DNA of 36,691 bases. Origin: a virus (lineage: Duplodnaviria; Heunggongvirae; Uroviricota; Caudoviricetes). The notes below the pieces were generated by a model. That model searched no databases. It was not told the origin of the DNA and saw only the letters and a program-made list of their open reading frames with translations. The position numbers were made by a program, and so were the translations under genes. Shown here one piece after another: positions 1 through 9,334 of this stretch (positions are counted from its first letter, which is position 1; each line of letters begins with the position of its first letter). The DNA is taken from the IMG/VR virus record IMGVR_UViG_2718218358_000002; one strand, 5' to 3'.

Positions 1-900
1 TTAACGCAATAATGGACAATCTGGTGGTAATCGACAACGCAACGCCGCCGGAAGTATTTCAATATGAAAGTTTTGTCCGCTCAACGGTTCGCCATCAAGA
101 TTAAAAGTGATTTCGTGTGGGGCTTGTATATCAAACCACGACGAAGCGCCTTCGATAATATTCGGGTTATCTTCGTCAGATTTTAAGGTTGATACGAGAG
201 CCGGAAGAATTTCATCGCCGGTAAAAATGCGCAGTTGCAGCAAGCCATCGTTAATTAACGCGTTCGGACACAATTGCTGACCGCCACCGGCCTGACGCCC
301 GTTACCAATACCAATGACCAGGGCGTCACCTTGCCAGTGAAAGTTTTCACCGCGGATTTCACAACGGTCCGGTTGCAGAGTATCCATGCGCATTAAGCCA
401 TGAATGATGTAAGAGACGCCACCCAGCGCGGCTTTTAATTTTTCCGGCGTTTCTGTGGTAATACGCGTCCCAAATCCGCCTGTCGCCATATTAATAAAAC
501 AGGTTTGTTTGTTGACCTGCGCCATATCTATCGCAATGGCGTTACCGGCAATTGCCAGTTTCAGCGCCTTATCCAGTGCCTCAGGAATCCCTACACTGGT
601 GGCAAAATCATTGGCGGTTCCTAATGGCAAAATTCCCAGCGCGGGTATGTCATCCCCCTCACACTGAATCAACGCCGTAGAAACTTCATTAATGGTGCCA
701 TCGCCACCACCGGCAATCACCGTTGCGACGCCCAACTTCCGGGCCTCCTCTACATATCGTGCGGCATCGCCTTTCTCCCAGGTGACCCGCACATGGATCG
801 TCATTCCTTCCTCACGCAACAGCATAATTGCTTCGCGCAAGGGTAGATTGTCAGTACTTTTGCCATTAAGAATCAGTAAGCTGGCGGGAAATTCTGCCAT
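1..900 (-). CDS. yegS: Lipid kinase YegS (diacylglycerol kinase catalytic-domain family), 299 aa
   Basis: Full-length minus-strand ORF; protein begins [17 protein letters not shown] and carries the GGDGT nucleotide-binding motif of DAGK-family kinases; matches my memory of E. coli YegS in length and sequence. Confidence 0.85.
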   Translation of the reverse strand: MAEFPASLLILNGKSTDNLPLREAIMLLREEGMTIHVRVTWEKGDAARYVEEARKLGVATVIAGGGDGTINEVSTALIQCEGDDIPALGILPLGTANDFATSVGIPEALDKALKLAIAGNAIAIDMAQVNKQTCFINMATGGFGTRITTETPEKLKAALGGVSYIIHGLMRMDTLQPDRCEIRGENFHWQGDALVIGIGNGRQAGGGQQLCPNALINDGLLQLRIFTGDEILPALVSTLKSDEDNPNIIEGASSWFDIQAPHEITFNLDGEPLSGQNFHIEILPAALRCRLPPDCPLLR

Positions 901-1314
901 GATCGTATGTGCCTTTATGATTGGTCTGTAGATAGTGTAGAGCAGAAAACAAAAGGTGGAGTCAGAACAGGATGAAAGTCGGAGGATAAAAAGTCAGTTC
1001 AAGTATGGAGGATTCAGTGGTTACCACCAGGAGCTTGCAATGGGGACAGCGAATACTAACGGCTGCCACCGATAAATTTCAAAAAAGAGCATATGCCTAA
1101 TATTCAACCAAACAGTGGCATCTTAAATATACTATTCCAAATATATTAAAGCCCCCATGGAGTTACCCTGAAGGGCCTCAATGTCCGTAATTCCTACTTA
1201 TGTAGGAAATGTTGTACAGAACATTTATTATAATCCTATTCAATTATAATAATCATGCCATTATTATATTTAAACACTAGAGAGTGTCGTTGGTATTTAA
1301 TGGGGGAAGGTGAG

Positions 1315-1632
1315 ATGAAAAAGATAGCTGCTATATCATTAATTAGTATTTTTATTATGTCTGGTTGTGCTGTGCATAATGATGAGACAAGTATCGGTAA
1401 ATTTGGTCTTGCATATAAAAGTAATATTCAGCGTAAACTCGATAATCAATACTACACCGAAGCCGAAGCTTCTTTAGCCAGGGGCAGAATATCTGGTGCA
1501 GAAAATATAGTAAAAAATGATGCAGCCCATTTCTGTGTTACTCAGGGCAAAAAAATGCAGATAGTTGACCTGAAGACAGAAGGTGCAGGATTACATGGCG
1601 TCGCTCGTCTGACATTCAAATGTGGAGAGTGA
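1315..1632 (+). CDS. yegR: Small putative lipoprotein, 105 aa (YegR-like)
   Basis: ATG at 1315 preceded by GGGGGAAGG RBS; signal peptide with lipobox-like IMSGC; 105 aa and adjacency to yegS match the K-12 yegR neighbourhood (from memory). The ORF-track start at 1255 is an upstream extension. Confidence 0.55.
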   Translation: MKKIAAISLISIFIMSGCAVHNDETSIGKFGLAYKSNIQRKLDNQYYTEAEASLARGRISGAENIVKNDAAHFCVTQGKKMQIVDLKTEGAGLHGVARLTFKCGE

Positions 1633-1694
1633 GAATATTTTTTGGTAAGCATCAAACATGCGCGTTCTGGTTGTGCTTAGCCGGAACCTGTGCG

Positions 1695-1727
1695 AGCACG
1701 ATGCCGTTACGTGAAAGGCATCGTGCT
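1695..1727. repeat. Perfect 11-bp inverted repeat with 11-nt loop (AGCACGATGCC...GGCATCGTGCT)
   Basis: Read directly; lies downstream of yegR in the bacterial arm of attL; no T-tract follows, so not a classical intrinsic terminator. Confidence 0.5.
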
Positions 1728-1790
1728 ATGAAGGGAGATTCTATCGATGTGGTCAATGGAAGACGGTGACCAGGGATAGGGCTTATGCAT

Positions 1791-1817
1791 AAAAAATAAG
1801 CCCGTGTAAGGGAGATT
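1791..1817. other. Prophage attL core (P2-type attachment core AAAAAATAAGCCCGTGTAAGGGAGATT)
   Basis: 27-nt sequence matches the P2 att core as I recall it; sits about 80 bp from the int stop codon, where attL is expected. Confidence 0.6.
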
Positions 1818-1896
1818 TAGGGTGTCACCAGTAGGGGCTTTCAACGGTACAATGCGGGTTTGAGCGGCATAAATTACCACTGAAAGCCCTTAAACG

Positions 1897-2910
1897 TTAC
1901 TCTACTGTGGACACTGTGTGGACACTCTCGGCCTCAGTACCACCTCTTAGCGGATTAAGAGAAATGGCGTCCTGAAGGTACTCTGGCGCAAAATGAGCGT
2001 AAACCATAGTTTGCTCAATCCGCGTGTGACCTAGTATCCGTTGTAGCGTGATAATACTTCCTCCATTAATCATGAAATGAGTGGCAAAGCTGTGCCTTAG
2101 TGCATGTGTGGCTTGCCCCGTTGGCAAATCCGGTTTTATTGCTTTCATTGTTCGTCTGAAGCGAGGGTAATCAGCATCAGGGAATAAAAAACCTCGTTTG
2201 TTATCCGCGATCATTTTGGCAACAGCCTCTGAGATCGGGACGGTGCGTGGTTTGTTTGTTTTCGTTTTAACAAACGTGACGCGGTTATGGATGATATTTT
2301 CTGCTTTCAAACGAGCTGCTTCTCCCCAACGTGCTCCTGTACTCAGGCAAAGAATCGCAATCTTTTTATTGTCGCCGTCAAGTGCTGCAAGCAGTAAGGC
2401 AATTTCTTCCTGTGTGAGATAGCCTGTTTCTGGTTTTTCCTCCTTAAGCCTCTTTGTCCCTCTGATAGGGTGCTCACCAAAGAATAACTCCGCTTCAATC
2501 AGGGCTGTAAACATGCCGCTAATACATGTTAAATCACGATTGATACTCGAAGGTTTAATACCCTGACTTCTTCGGGTGGCGCAGTACTGGCTGATAAGGG
2601 ATTTCGTGATTTGAAATGCGCATGGGTCATTCGTTATTTTTGTGAAGATTTCAATTTTTCCAAGATTAGATTTCCCATGCTCTTCGTGTTTACCCTTTAA
2701 ATCCCACCAGATCTGTGTCAGTTCCGACAGACGTCGTTTGTCTGTTGGTTTTGATAGCCATTCTTTATTGTGGTGGTTGTACAACGTGTATTTTTCGAAA
2801 GCGACAGCTTCGCTTTTCTTATCAAACTTCCTACGGATGCGTTTTCCGTTACGTCCAGTAGGGCGGATGTCCACTTCATATCGACCATCATCGAGTTTTT
2901 TGATTGCCAT
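1897..2910 (-). CDS. int: Tyrosine integrase, 337 aa
   Basis: 337 aa as in P2 Int; C-terminal catalytic region with R...HxxR...Y context (ALRHSFATHF, LGHTRIEQTMVYAH); adjacent to att core and to C. Confidence 0.9.
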   Translation of the reverse strand: MAIKKLDDGRYEVDIRPTGRNGKRIRRKFDKKSEAVAFEKYTLYNHHNKEWLSKPTDKRRLSELTQIWWDLKGKHEEHGKSNLGKIEIFTKITNDPCAFQITKSLISQYCATRRSQGIKPSSINRDLTCISGMFTALIEAELFFGEHPIRGTKRLKEEKPETGYLTQEEIALLLAALDGDNKKIAILCLSTGARWGEAARLKAENIIHNRVTFVKTKTNKPRTVPISEAVAKMIADNKRGFLFPDADYPRFRRTMKAIKPDLPTGQATHALRHSFATHFMINGGSIITLQRILGHTRIEQTMVYAHFAPEYLQDAISLNPLRGGTEAESVHTVSTVE

Positions 2911-3025
2911 CAGAAAACCCTCCGAGTGGTACTTTTTTTTGCTACTACTAATCGCTTTTTTCGTGGTGGCTGAAATTTAGCCACCAATAGTAGGCACTTG
3001 TGATGAATATATTCACGATAAATTG

Positions 3026-3325
3026 TTAACCAGTCTTTTGACCGGAGTGGGGCGACGTTGTTTCGTTTTGCCCAAAGTGTGCGAGAGCGGGCGCAATTTG
3101 CCCGGACTCAGGAGCGATCTGATTTGTCATGAACCATAAAGTGTATTTGGTGAATTGTGGGGTCTGCAGGATGTTCATCATGACATCTGTTGGAGGTGTT
3201 GAACGACCACTTTCATAGTAACTCAGCGTGCCATACGGAACCCCTGTTAAATCAGCAAGTTGTTGTCTGCTCAAATACTCAGATTTTCGCATTAAGACTA
3301 TCTTCTCGCTTATCGTGTTTGACAT
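3026..3325 (-). CDS. C: Immunity repressor C, 99 aa (HTH)
   Basis: 99 aa; helix-turn-helix segment LSRQQLADLTGVPYGTLSYYESG; divergent from cox, as in P2 immunity region. Confidence 0.85.
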   Translation of the reverse strand: MSNTISEKIVLMRKSEYLSRQQLADLTGVPYGTLSYYESGRSTPPTDVMMNILQTPQFTKYTLWFMTNQIAPESGQIAPALAHFGQNETTSPHSGQKTG

Positions 3326-3439
3326 AGTGTTTAGATCTCAATAGTATTTAGTTTAGATGTAGATTGTTTAGTGCTTGGATGTGGGCACTAAAAGGCATTA
3401 TAAGGCATTAAACGCAATTCATGAGGGCTGGAGGACGAC
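3326..3439. promoter_or_regulatory. Early control region between C and cox (expected Pe/Pc promoters and C operators)
   Basis: Direct repeats of GTTTAG (3 copies, about 3327-3372) and a tandem AAGGCATTA repeat (3392-3400, 3402-3410) in an AT-rich intergenic region; function inferred from position. Confidence 0.45.
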
Positions 3440-3715
3440 ATGAGCAAGCAAGTAACACTCATGACTGATGCGATTCCTTATCAGGAGTTCGCAAAACTAA
3501 TAGGAAAATCGACAGGAGCGGTTCGTCGGATGATCGATAAAGGAAAGCTGCCTGTAATTGATATGACCGATCCACAATCAGCTTCAGGTCGTGCAGGTGA
3601 ATATTGGGTATACCTTCCGGCATGGAATAACGGACTAAAACTGGCTTATGAAAGCCGCCCTAAAGAGATTCGTGACGGCTGGTTGATGTGGTTAGGTCTC
3701 GGTGAACCACGTTAA
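3440..3715 (+). CDS. cox: Cox excisionase / transcriptional repressor, 91 aa
   Basis: 91 aa, first gene of the rightward early operon; size and position match P2 Cox. Confidence 0.85.
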   Translation: MSKQVTLMTDAIPYQEFAKLIGKSTGAVRRMIDKGKLPVIDMTDPQSASGRAGEYWVYLPAWNNGLKLAYESRPKEIRDGWLMWLGLGEPR

Positions 3716-3725
3716 GGAGAACCGT

Positions 3726-3896
3726 ATGAATGAGCCTCGTTGTATTGCTCAGTTACTGCGTAACGAAAGCCCCAGGGCGATTGACTTCACCATCACCCAC
3801 GGTAAGGGGCGTAAGGGAATCATTATCCGCACCAAAAAACAGAGTCCGTTAAAAAAGGCTCTGACCTTTCTGAAAAGCCGGAGGGTATGGAAATGA
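3726..3896 (+). CDS. Small early protein (P2 orf78 position), 56 aa
   Basis: ATG at 3726 preceded by AAGGAGA RBS; the ORF-track start at 3702 is an upstream extension. Confidence 0.5.
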   Translation: MNEPRCIAQLLRNESPRAIDFTITHGKGRKGIIIRTKKQSPLKKALTFLKSRRVWK

Positions 3897-4393
3897 CAGT
3901 GATGACGCTCAATCTCGTTGAAAAACAGCCAGCAGCTATGCGCCGGATAATTGGCAAGCATCTTGCCGTCCCTCGCTGGCAGGATACATGTGATTATTAT
4001 AATCAGATGATGGAGCGCGAACGGCTAACGGTTTGCTTTCATGCACAGTTAAAACAGCGTCACGCAACGATGCGTTTTGAAGAAATGAACGACGTCGAAC
4101 GTGAACGGCTGGTTTGTGCAATTGATGAATTGCGTGGGGCATTCTCAAAACGCCGTCAGGTCGGTGCAAGTGAGTATGCATATATTAGTTTTTTAACAGT
4201 CAGCCAGCGACGTACTTTATTTATGCACGCACGACTGACAGAAAAAGAATTCAACCAGCCGTACTGGCGAATTAATGAAGAATCATGTTACTGGCGTGAT
4301 GCTTTATTCCGTGCATTACGTGAATTATTCAGTCTGTTTGAGTATGCACCGACAATTCTGACGTCGGTAAAACCAGAGCAATATCTGCATTAA
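3887..4393 (+). CDS. B: Replication protein B, about 166-168 aa
   Basis: Size and position between cox and orf80-83/A match P2 gene B; exact start (3887 or a downstream ATG) uncertain. Confidence 0.75.
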   Translation: MEMTVMTLNLVEKQPAAMRRIIGKHLAVPRWQDTCDYYNQMMERERLTVCFHAQLKQRHATMRFEEMNDVERERLVCAIDELRGAFSKRRQVGASEYAYISFLTVSQRRTLFMHARLTEKEFNQPYWRINEESCYWRDALFRALRELFSLFEYAPTILTSVKPEQYLH

Positions 4394-4414
4394 ATAATTA
4401 ACCAGAGTTTTTAA

Positions 4415-4442
4415 CGCACTTAATCGTGCGGGGCTTCTTTTT
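4415..4442 (+). terminator. Possible weak intrinsic terminator after B
   Basis: Short hairpin CGCAC-TTAATC-GTGCG followed after GGGC by a CTTCTTTTT T-rich run; weak stem. Confidence 0.3.
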
Positions 4443-4456
4443 GCCTGGAGAAAGTC

Positions 4457-4681
4457 ATGCATACAGTTTCTGAAAATCAGTGCGGTAAATACGCATTACT
4501 GCTGCAACAGGCCAGAACCGAAGCACAGGCCGACGCTGCGACGCGCTTTTCTTCTCATCTTGACGCCATGATTCGCCATATCACAAAGGCGGAGTTATCC
4601 CGCGTGGAGATAGTCGAGCTGCTCAGTCAGGAGTCGGAAAAATTTCACAATATCGGATTGTCTCGCGGGGAGGTGCTTTGA
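4457..4681 (+). CDS. Early hypothetical protein (P2 orf80 position), 74 aa
   Basis: ORF in series with early operon; stop overlaps next start. Confidence 0.6.
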   Translation: MHTVSENQCGKYALLLQQARTEAQADAATRFSSHLDAMIRHITKAELSRVEIVELLSQESEKFHNIGLSRGEVL

Positions 4682-4983
4682 TGTCCTGTTCTCATTCAGT
4701 TGTATTACTGAATAACGCCTTAAAAATCGCCGTTATGGAAAATGGTGATTTATCTCTTATTCAACTTTGTCTTGATAAAGAAAAACGCGACATAACTGAA
4801 TCTGTTATCGCGATTTATCAGAATGAATTAAACCTCCTGTCTGATGTGGTCAATTTACTTGTTAAACGCGCTGTATTCCACAAGCAAATTTCCTCCGTGG
4901 ATGAACTGACAAAATTAACGACAGAAATCGTCAGCTATTGCGCTGATGAATTTAAGAAACTGAACGACAAAAGGAACTGGTAA
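4678..4983 (+). CDS. Early hypothetical protein (P2 orf81 position), 101 aa
   Basis: ORF with coupled start/stop overlaps on both sides. Confidence 0.6.
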   Translation: MMSCSHSVVLLNNALKIAVMENGDLSLIQLCLDKEKRDITESVIAIYQNELNLLSDVVNLLVKRAVFHKQISSVDELTKLTTEIVSYCADEFKKLNDKRNW

Positions 4984-5207
4984 TGCCGGACAACGTAGAT
5001 TTCATTCAGGAACAACAGGCTGAATTACTGGAGCGCCAGATTAACGCGGCAAGGGTAAAACATTGCGGTGTTTCTGCGCTGGTTTGCGAAGAGTGTGACG
5101 TGCCAATACCTGCTGCCCGTCGTGCGGCTTATCCGTCAGCCACGCGTTGTGTTTCCTGTCAGTCAGTCTTTGAAGCAAAAAACAAACATTACCGGAGAAC
5201 GGCATGA
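4983..5207 (+). CDS. TraR/DksA-type C4 zinc-finger protein (P2 orf82 position), 74 aa
   Basis: CEEC...(17 aa)...CVSC four-cysteine motif at the C-terminus, typical of phage TraR/DksA-family zinc fingers. Confidence 0.6.
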   Translation: MPDNVDFIQEQQAELLERQINAARVKHCGVSALVCEECDVPIPAARRAAYPSATRCVSCQSVFEAKNKHYRRTA

Positions 5208-5479
5208 GTATTCGTATTGAAATTGGCGAACGTTATGTCGTTACCAGTGACAGCTTTCAGTTTATTCTCCACGAGAAAAAGAGAGCGGAAAGCGGTAAAA
5301 ACGCCGGTCAGGAATGGCTGTCGGTGGTTGGTTATTACCCGAAATTAAGCCAGCTCGTTTCCGGCATGATGCATCACGATATTCTGACCGGAAGCGCAAA
5401 GTCTTTTGCTGATTTAAACGCGCAGGTTGAGCAACTCAGCAAGCGTTGTTCAGAGGCTTTTGGCTCATATGGCCGTTAA
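5204..5479 (+). CDS. Early hypothetical protein (P2 orf83 position), 91 aa
   Basis: ORF overlapping the start of A. Confidence 0.6.
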   Translation: MSIRIEIGERYVVTSDSFQFILHEKKRAESGKNAGQEWLSVVGYYPKLSQLVSGMMHHDILTGSAKSFADLNAQVEQLSKRCSEAFGSYGR

Positions 5480-7721
5480 AGCCTCCGGGCGTTTTGTCCC
5501 TCCATCAGCATTTGCCGCAGGCACCGGTAAGGCGTTTACCGGTGCTTATGCATGGAACGCGCCACGCGAGGCTGTCGGGCGCGAAAGACCCCTTACACGT
5601 GACGAGATGCGTCAGGTGCAAGGTGTTTTATCCACGATTAACCGCCTGCCTTACTTTTTGCGCTCGCTGTTTACTTCACGCTATGACTACATCCGGCGCA
5701 ATAAAAGCCCGGTGCACGGGTTTTATTTCCTCACATCCACTTTTCAGCGTCGTTTATGGCCGCGCATTGAGCGCGTGAATCAGCGCCATGAAATGAACAC
5801 CGACGCGTCGTTGCTGTTTCTGGCAGAGCGTGACCATTATGCGCGTCTGCCGGGGATGAATGACAAGGAACTGAAAAAGTTTGCCGCCCGTATCTCATCG
5901 CAGCTTTTCATGATGTATGAGGAACTCTGCGATGCATGGGTTGATGCACATGGCGAGAAAGAATCGCTGTTTACGGATGAGGCTCAGGCGCATCTGTATG
6001 GTCATGTTGCTGGCGCTGCACGAGCTTTCAATATTTCCCCTCTCTACTGGAAAAAATACCGTAAAGGACAGATGACCACGAGGCAGGCATATTCTGCCAT
6101 TGCCCGTCTGTTTAACGATGAGTGGTGGACTCATCAGCTTAAAGGTCAGCGTATGCGCTGGCATGAGGCGTTACTGATTGCTGTCGGGGAGGTGAATAAA
6201 GACCGTTCTCCTTATGCCAGTAAACATGCCATTCGTGATGTGCGTGCGCGCCGCCAGGCAAATCTGGAATTTCTTAAATCGTGTGACCTTGAAAACAGGG
6301 AAACCGGCGAGCGCATCGACCTTATCAGTAAGGTGATGGGAAGTATTTCTAATCCTGAAATTCGCCGGATGGAGCTGATGAACACCATTGCCGGTATTGA
6401 GCGTTACGCCGCCGCAGAGGGTGATGTGGGGATGTTTATCACGCTGACCGCGCCGTCAAAGTATCACCCGACACGTCAGGTCGGAAAAGGTGAAAGTAAA
6501 ACCGTCCAGCTAAATCACGGCTGGAACGATGAGGCATTTAATCCAAAGGATGCGCAGCGTTATCTCTGCCGCATCTGGAGCCTGATGCGCACGGCATTCA
6601 AGGATAATGATTTACAGGTCTACGGTTTGCGTGTCGTCGAGCCACACCACGACGGAACGCCGCACTGGCATATGATGCTTTTTTGTAATCCACGTCAGCG
6701 TAACCAGATTATCGAAACCATGCGTCGCTACGCGCTCAAAGAGGATGGCGACGAAAGAGGAGCCGAGCGAAACCGTTTTCAGGCGAAACACCTTAACCGG
6801 GGCGGTGCTGCGGGGTATATCGCGAAATACATTTCAAAAAATATCGACGGCTATGCACTGGATGGTCAGCTCGATAACGATACCGGCAGACCTCTGAAAG
6901 ATACTGCCGCGGCTGTTACTGCATGGGCGTCAACGTGGCGCATCCCGCAATTTAAAACGGTTGGTCTGCCGACAATGGGGGCTTACCGTGAACTACGCAA
7001 ATTGCCTCGCGGCGTCAGCATTGCTGATGAGTTTGACGAACGCGTCGAGGCTGCACGCGCTGCCGCAGACAGTGGCGATTTTGCGTTGTATATCAGTGCG
7101 CAGGGTGGGGCAAATGTTCCGCGCGATTGCCAGACTGTCAGAGTCGCCCGTAGCCCGTCGGATGAAGTTAACGAGTACGAGGAAGAAGTCGAGAGAGTGG
7201 TCGGCATTTACGCGCCGCATCTCGGCGCGCGTCATATTCATATCACCAGAACGACGGACTGGCGCATTGTTCCGAAAGTTCCGGTCGTGGAGCCTTTAAC
7301 TTTAAAAAGCGGCATCGCCGCGCCTCGGAGTCCTGTCAATAACTGTGGAAAGCTTACCGGTGGTGATTCTCCGGTTATGACCCCCACACCGTCTGAGCAA
7401 GCCACAGCTGTGTTAAATCTGATTGATAAAGGAGTGATTGGTTGGGATGAGCCGGATGTTATAAAGGTGCTTAACGGCGCGTTAAACGCTGGTGCGCCTC
7501 AAAAAAGCAGCCAACAAAGAAATGCAGCATCGCTCAAACCTGCTGAACAGACGCCATCAGCCAGGCTTACCAAAGCGGAGAGGGAGCGGATACCAAAAAT
7601 TCGATTTGATTTGGTTCAGAAAGATATTGTTCCTGAGTGGTGGGAGCTTGAGGTTCTTGCTCGGGGAGCGAAAGTGCATTTTGGATATAAAGTATTCAAA
7701 TATCACAATAATGATAAATAG
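5469..7721 (+). CDS. A: Replication initiation protein A (rolling-circle nickase), 750 aa from ATG 5469
   Basis: Begins MAVKASGRFVPPSAF as I recall P2 A; the ORF-track start at 5427 is a TTG extension; contains the HWHMMLF-type motif region expected for the rolling-circle nickase; the last about 60 aa look divergent from P2 A as I remember it. Confidence 0.85.
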   Translation: MAVKASGRFVPPSAFAAGTGKAFTGAYAWNAPREAVGRERPLTRDEMRQVQGVLSTINRLPYFLRSLFTSRYDYIRRNKSPVHGFYFLTSTFQRRLWPRIERVNQRHEMNTDASLLFLAERDHYARLPGMNDKELKKFAARISSQLFMMYEELCDAWVDAHGEKESLFTDEAQAHLYGHVAGAARAFNISPLYWKKYRKGQMTTRQAYSAIARLFNDEWWTHQLKGQRMRWHEALLIAVGEVNKDRSPYASKHAIRDVRARRQANLEFLKSCDLENRETGERIDLISKVMGSISNPEIRRMELMNTIAGIERYAAAEGDVGMFITLTAPSKYHPTRQVGKGESKTVQLNHGWNDEAFNPKDAQRYLCRIWSLMRTAFKDNDLQVYGLRVVEPHHDGTPHWHMMLFCNPRQRNQIIETMRRYALKEDGDERGAERNRFQAKHLNRGGAAGYIAKYISKNIDGYALDGQLDNDTGRPLKDTAAAVTAWASTWRIPQFKTVGLPTMGAYRELRKLPRGVSIADEFDERVEAARAAADSGDFALYISAQGGANVPRDCQTVRVARSPSDEVNEYEEEVERVVGIYAPHLGARHIHITRTTDWRIVPKVPVVEPLTLKSGIAAPRSPVNNCGKLTGGDSPVMTPTPSEQATAVLNLIDKGVIGWDEPDVIKVLNGALNAGAPQKSSQQRNAASLKPAEQTPSARLTKAERERIPKIRFDLVQKDIVPEWWELEVLARGAKVHFGYKVFKYHNNDK

Positions 7722-7812
7722 GGGTGTGATTTCACTTCTTGTAAGTAGTAACATCAGAAGATTTCGATTACCGTTTGTCTTATTAGTTGCGTTTAAAAAG
7801 AGGTATTTTTAG

Positions 7813-9285
7813 ATGGTTGAAAATTTGAGTGAGATTAGAACATCGACCGTGAATGCATTGTTAGAGAAGGTAAGGCAGAATAATTATGGGAAGTATCTGT
7901 TAAAAGCTAAAATTGGGCGAATTCGCGGATTTTCGGGAGAAGATATTACTTTTGAATTTCCTGTTACAGCCTTGGTTGGTCCTAATGGTAGTGGAAAATC
8001 CTCTGTTCTCGGCGTTGCAGGATGTGCCTATAAAGAAATTAAGCCTAGCGTTTTCTTTCCCAAAAGTGCAATTGGTGATGAAAGCATGGCGGGGTGGAAA
8101 GTTGAATATGATATAATTGATAAAGTTATTAATCCTCGACAAACAGTTCGCAGAACTAGTAGTTTTAGAAGCGCTAAATGGGCGAGAGATGAAGTATTAT
8201 CTAGAGATGTATATTTCTTTGGTATCGAACGGACTGTCCCTGCTGGCGAGAAGACAAAGTACAAAAAGTTAACCCGTTCCTCTTACCAACATACAGGCAG
8301 TTTATCAACGTTGAGTGCAAATGTCGCAAAACAAATAGAACATATTTTGGGCAAGGATGTGTCTGCTTTTAATGTGACAGATATTGGCCATGATGAAAAG
8401 TTTTTTGTAGGCAATAATAATGGTAGCCGTTATTCTGAATTCCATTTTGGTGCGGGTGAGTCATCAATTATAAGAATGGTTTCTGAGATAGAGAATGCAT
8501 CTGATAACAGTTTGGTTCTTATTGAAGAAATTGAAAATGGGCTGCATCCGGTAGCAACGAGACGAATGGTCGAATATCTAATTGATGTTGCCAGTCGTAA
8601 ATCAATTCAGGCTGTTTTTACCACACATAGTGATTATGCCCTGATGCCATTACCACAGGAAGCAATATGGGCATGTATTGATGGACGTCTTAGAAAAGGA
8701 CGGTTAACTGTTGAATCTTTAAGGGCTATATCTGGTAGGGTTGACAAAAAATTAGCTATCTTTGTTGAGGATGAGTTTGCTAAATGCTGGGTTGATACTA
8801 TTCTTCGGGAAAGATTAGGTAGTGATTATGATCAATTAGAAGTACATGCCGTCGCTGGCGATGGAAATGCTGTATCTATTCATAAGTCACACAAGGCAAA
8901 TCCTTCAATTAAATTTAAATCGCTTTGTATTATTGACGGAGATTCTTCACAAGAAGATAGTGATGAAAATGGTGTCTTTAGATTGCCGGGGACTCAACCT
9001 GAACGTAGTGTATTCGATGACATACTTGTGAAAATTGATAATATATTGGCAATACTTACTGTTTCTTGCCAACTGCCTCCAGAATCTCAAGGTAAAGTGA
9101 GAACAGTGGTTGAATCTGTTTCAAGAACGAATCGAGATCCCCATCTTATTTTTAATCAAATAGGCATGGAATTAGGCTTCATTTCAGAAGTGATTATTCG
9201 GGGTGCATTTTTAAGCCTTTGGGCAAGGCAAAATGAAGATTATTGTAGTGATTTAGTAAACAAAGTTAAGGCCCTTCTGGATTGA
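7813..9285 (+). CDS. ABC-type ATPase with C-terminal TOPRIM-like domain (OLD/PARIS-like candidate defence protein), 490 aa
   Basis: Walker A GPNGSGKSS; Walker B/D-loop LVLIEEIENGLHP; H-loop FTTHS; C-terminal IFVEDEF glutamate and CIIDGDS DxD motifs of a TOPRIM fold; AT-rich; occupies the P2 tin/old position between A and cos; own RBS AAAGAGG. Confidence 0.7.
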   Translation: MVENLSEIRTSTVNALLEKVRQNNYGKYLLKAKIGRIRGFSGEDITFEFPVTALVGPNGSGKSSVLGVAGCAYKEIKPSVFFPKSAIGDESMAGWKVEYDIIDKVINPRQTVRRTSSFRSAKWARDEVLSRDVYFFGIERTVPAGEKTKYKKLTRSSYQHTGSLSTLSANVAKQIEHILGKDVSAFNVTDIGHDEKFFVGNNNGSRYSEFHFGAGESSIIRMVSEIENASDNSLVLIEEIENGLHPVATRRMVEYLIDVASRKSIQAVFTTHSDYALMPLPQEAIWACIDGRLRKGRLTVESLRAISGRVDKKLAIFVEDEFAKCWVDTILRERLGSDYDQLEVHAVAGDGNAVSIHKSHKANPSIKFKSLCIIDGDSSQEDSDENGVFRLPGTQPERSVFDDILVKIDNILAILTVSCQLPPESQGKVRTVVESVSRTNRDPHLIFNQIGMELGFISEVIIRGAFLSLWARQNEDYCSDLVNKVKALLD

Positions 9286-9299
9286 TTAGCACTTTGTGG

Positions 9300-9334
9300 A
9301 GATCTGGAGGATTTTCTCCAGATCTTATTATTTG
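9300..9334 (+). terminator. Rho-independent terminator after the ATPase-TOPRIM gene
   Basis: 10-bp stem AGATCTGGAG/CTCCAGATCT (9300-9309 with 9316-9325), short loop, then TTATTATTT. Confidence 0.6.

Noticed and set aside
455-931. Plus-strand ORFs 455-667 and 692-931 inside or overlapping yegS
   Set aside because: Antisense to a well-supported full-length yegS coding sequence; low-complexity Ala/Pro/Ser-rich translations typical of antisense frames; no RBS.
2198-2980. Plus-strand ORFs (2198-2422, 2642-2980, 2770-2973) within int
   Set aside because: Antisense to the integrase gene; no start context; the integrase reading frame is clearly the real one.
3749-4181. Minus-strand ORFs 3749-3961 and 3936-4181 over orf78/B
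   Set aside because: Antisense to the early operon; they would collide with rightward early transcription; no homology features.
5427-5778. Long N-terminal extension of A from the ORF-track start at 5427, and overlapping ORF 5446-5778
   Set aside because: Codon 5427 is TTG; the ATG at 5469 reproduces the known A N-terminus (MAVKASG...); ORF 5446-5778 is an alternative frame of A without support.
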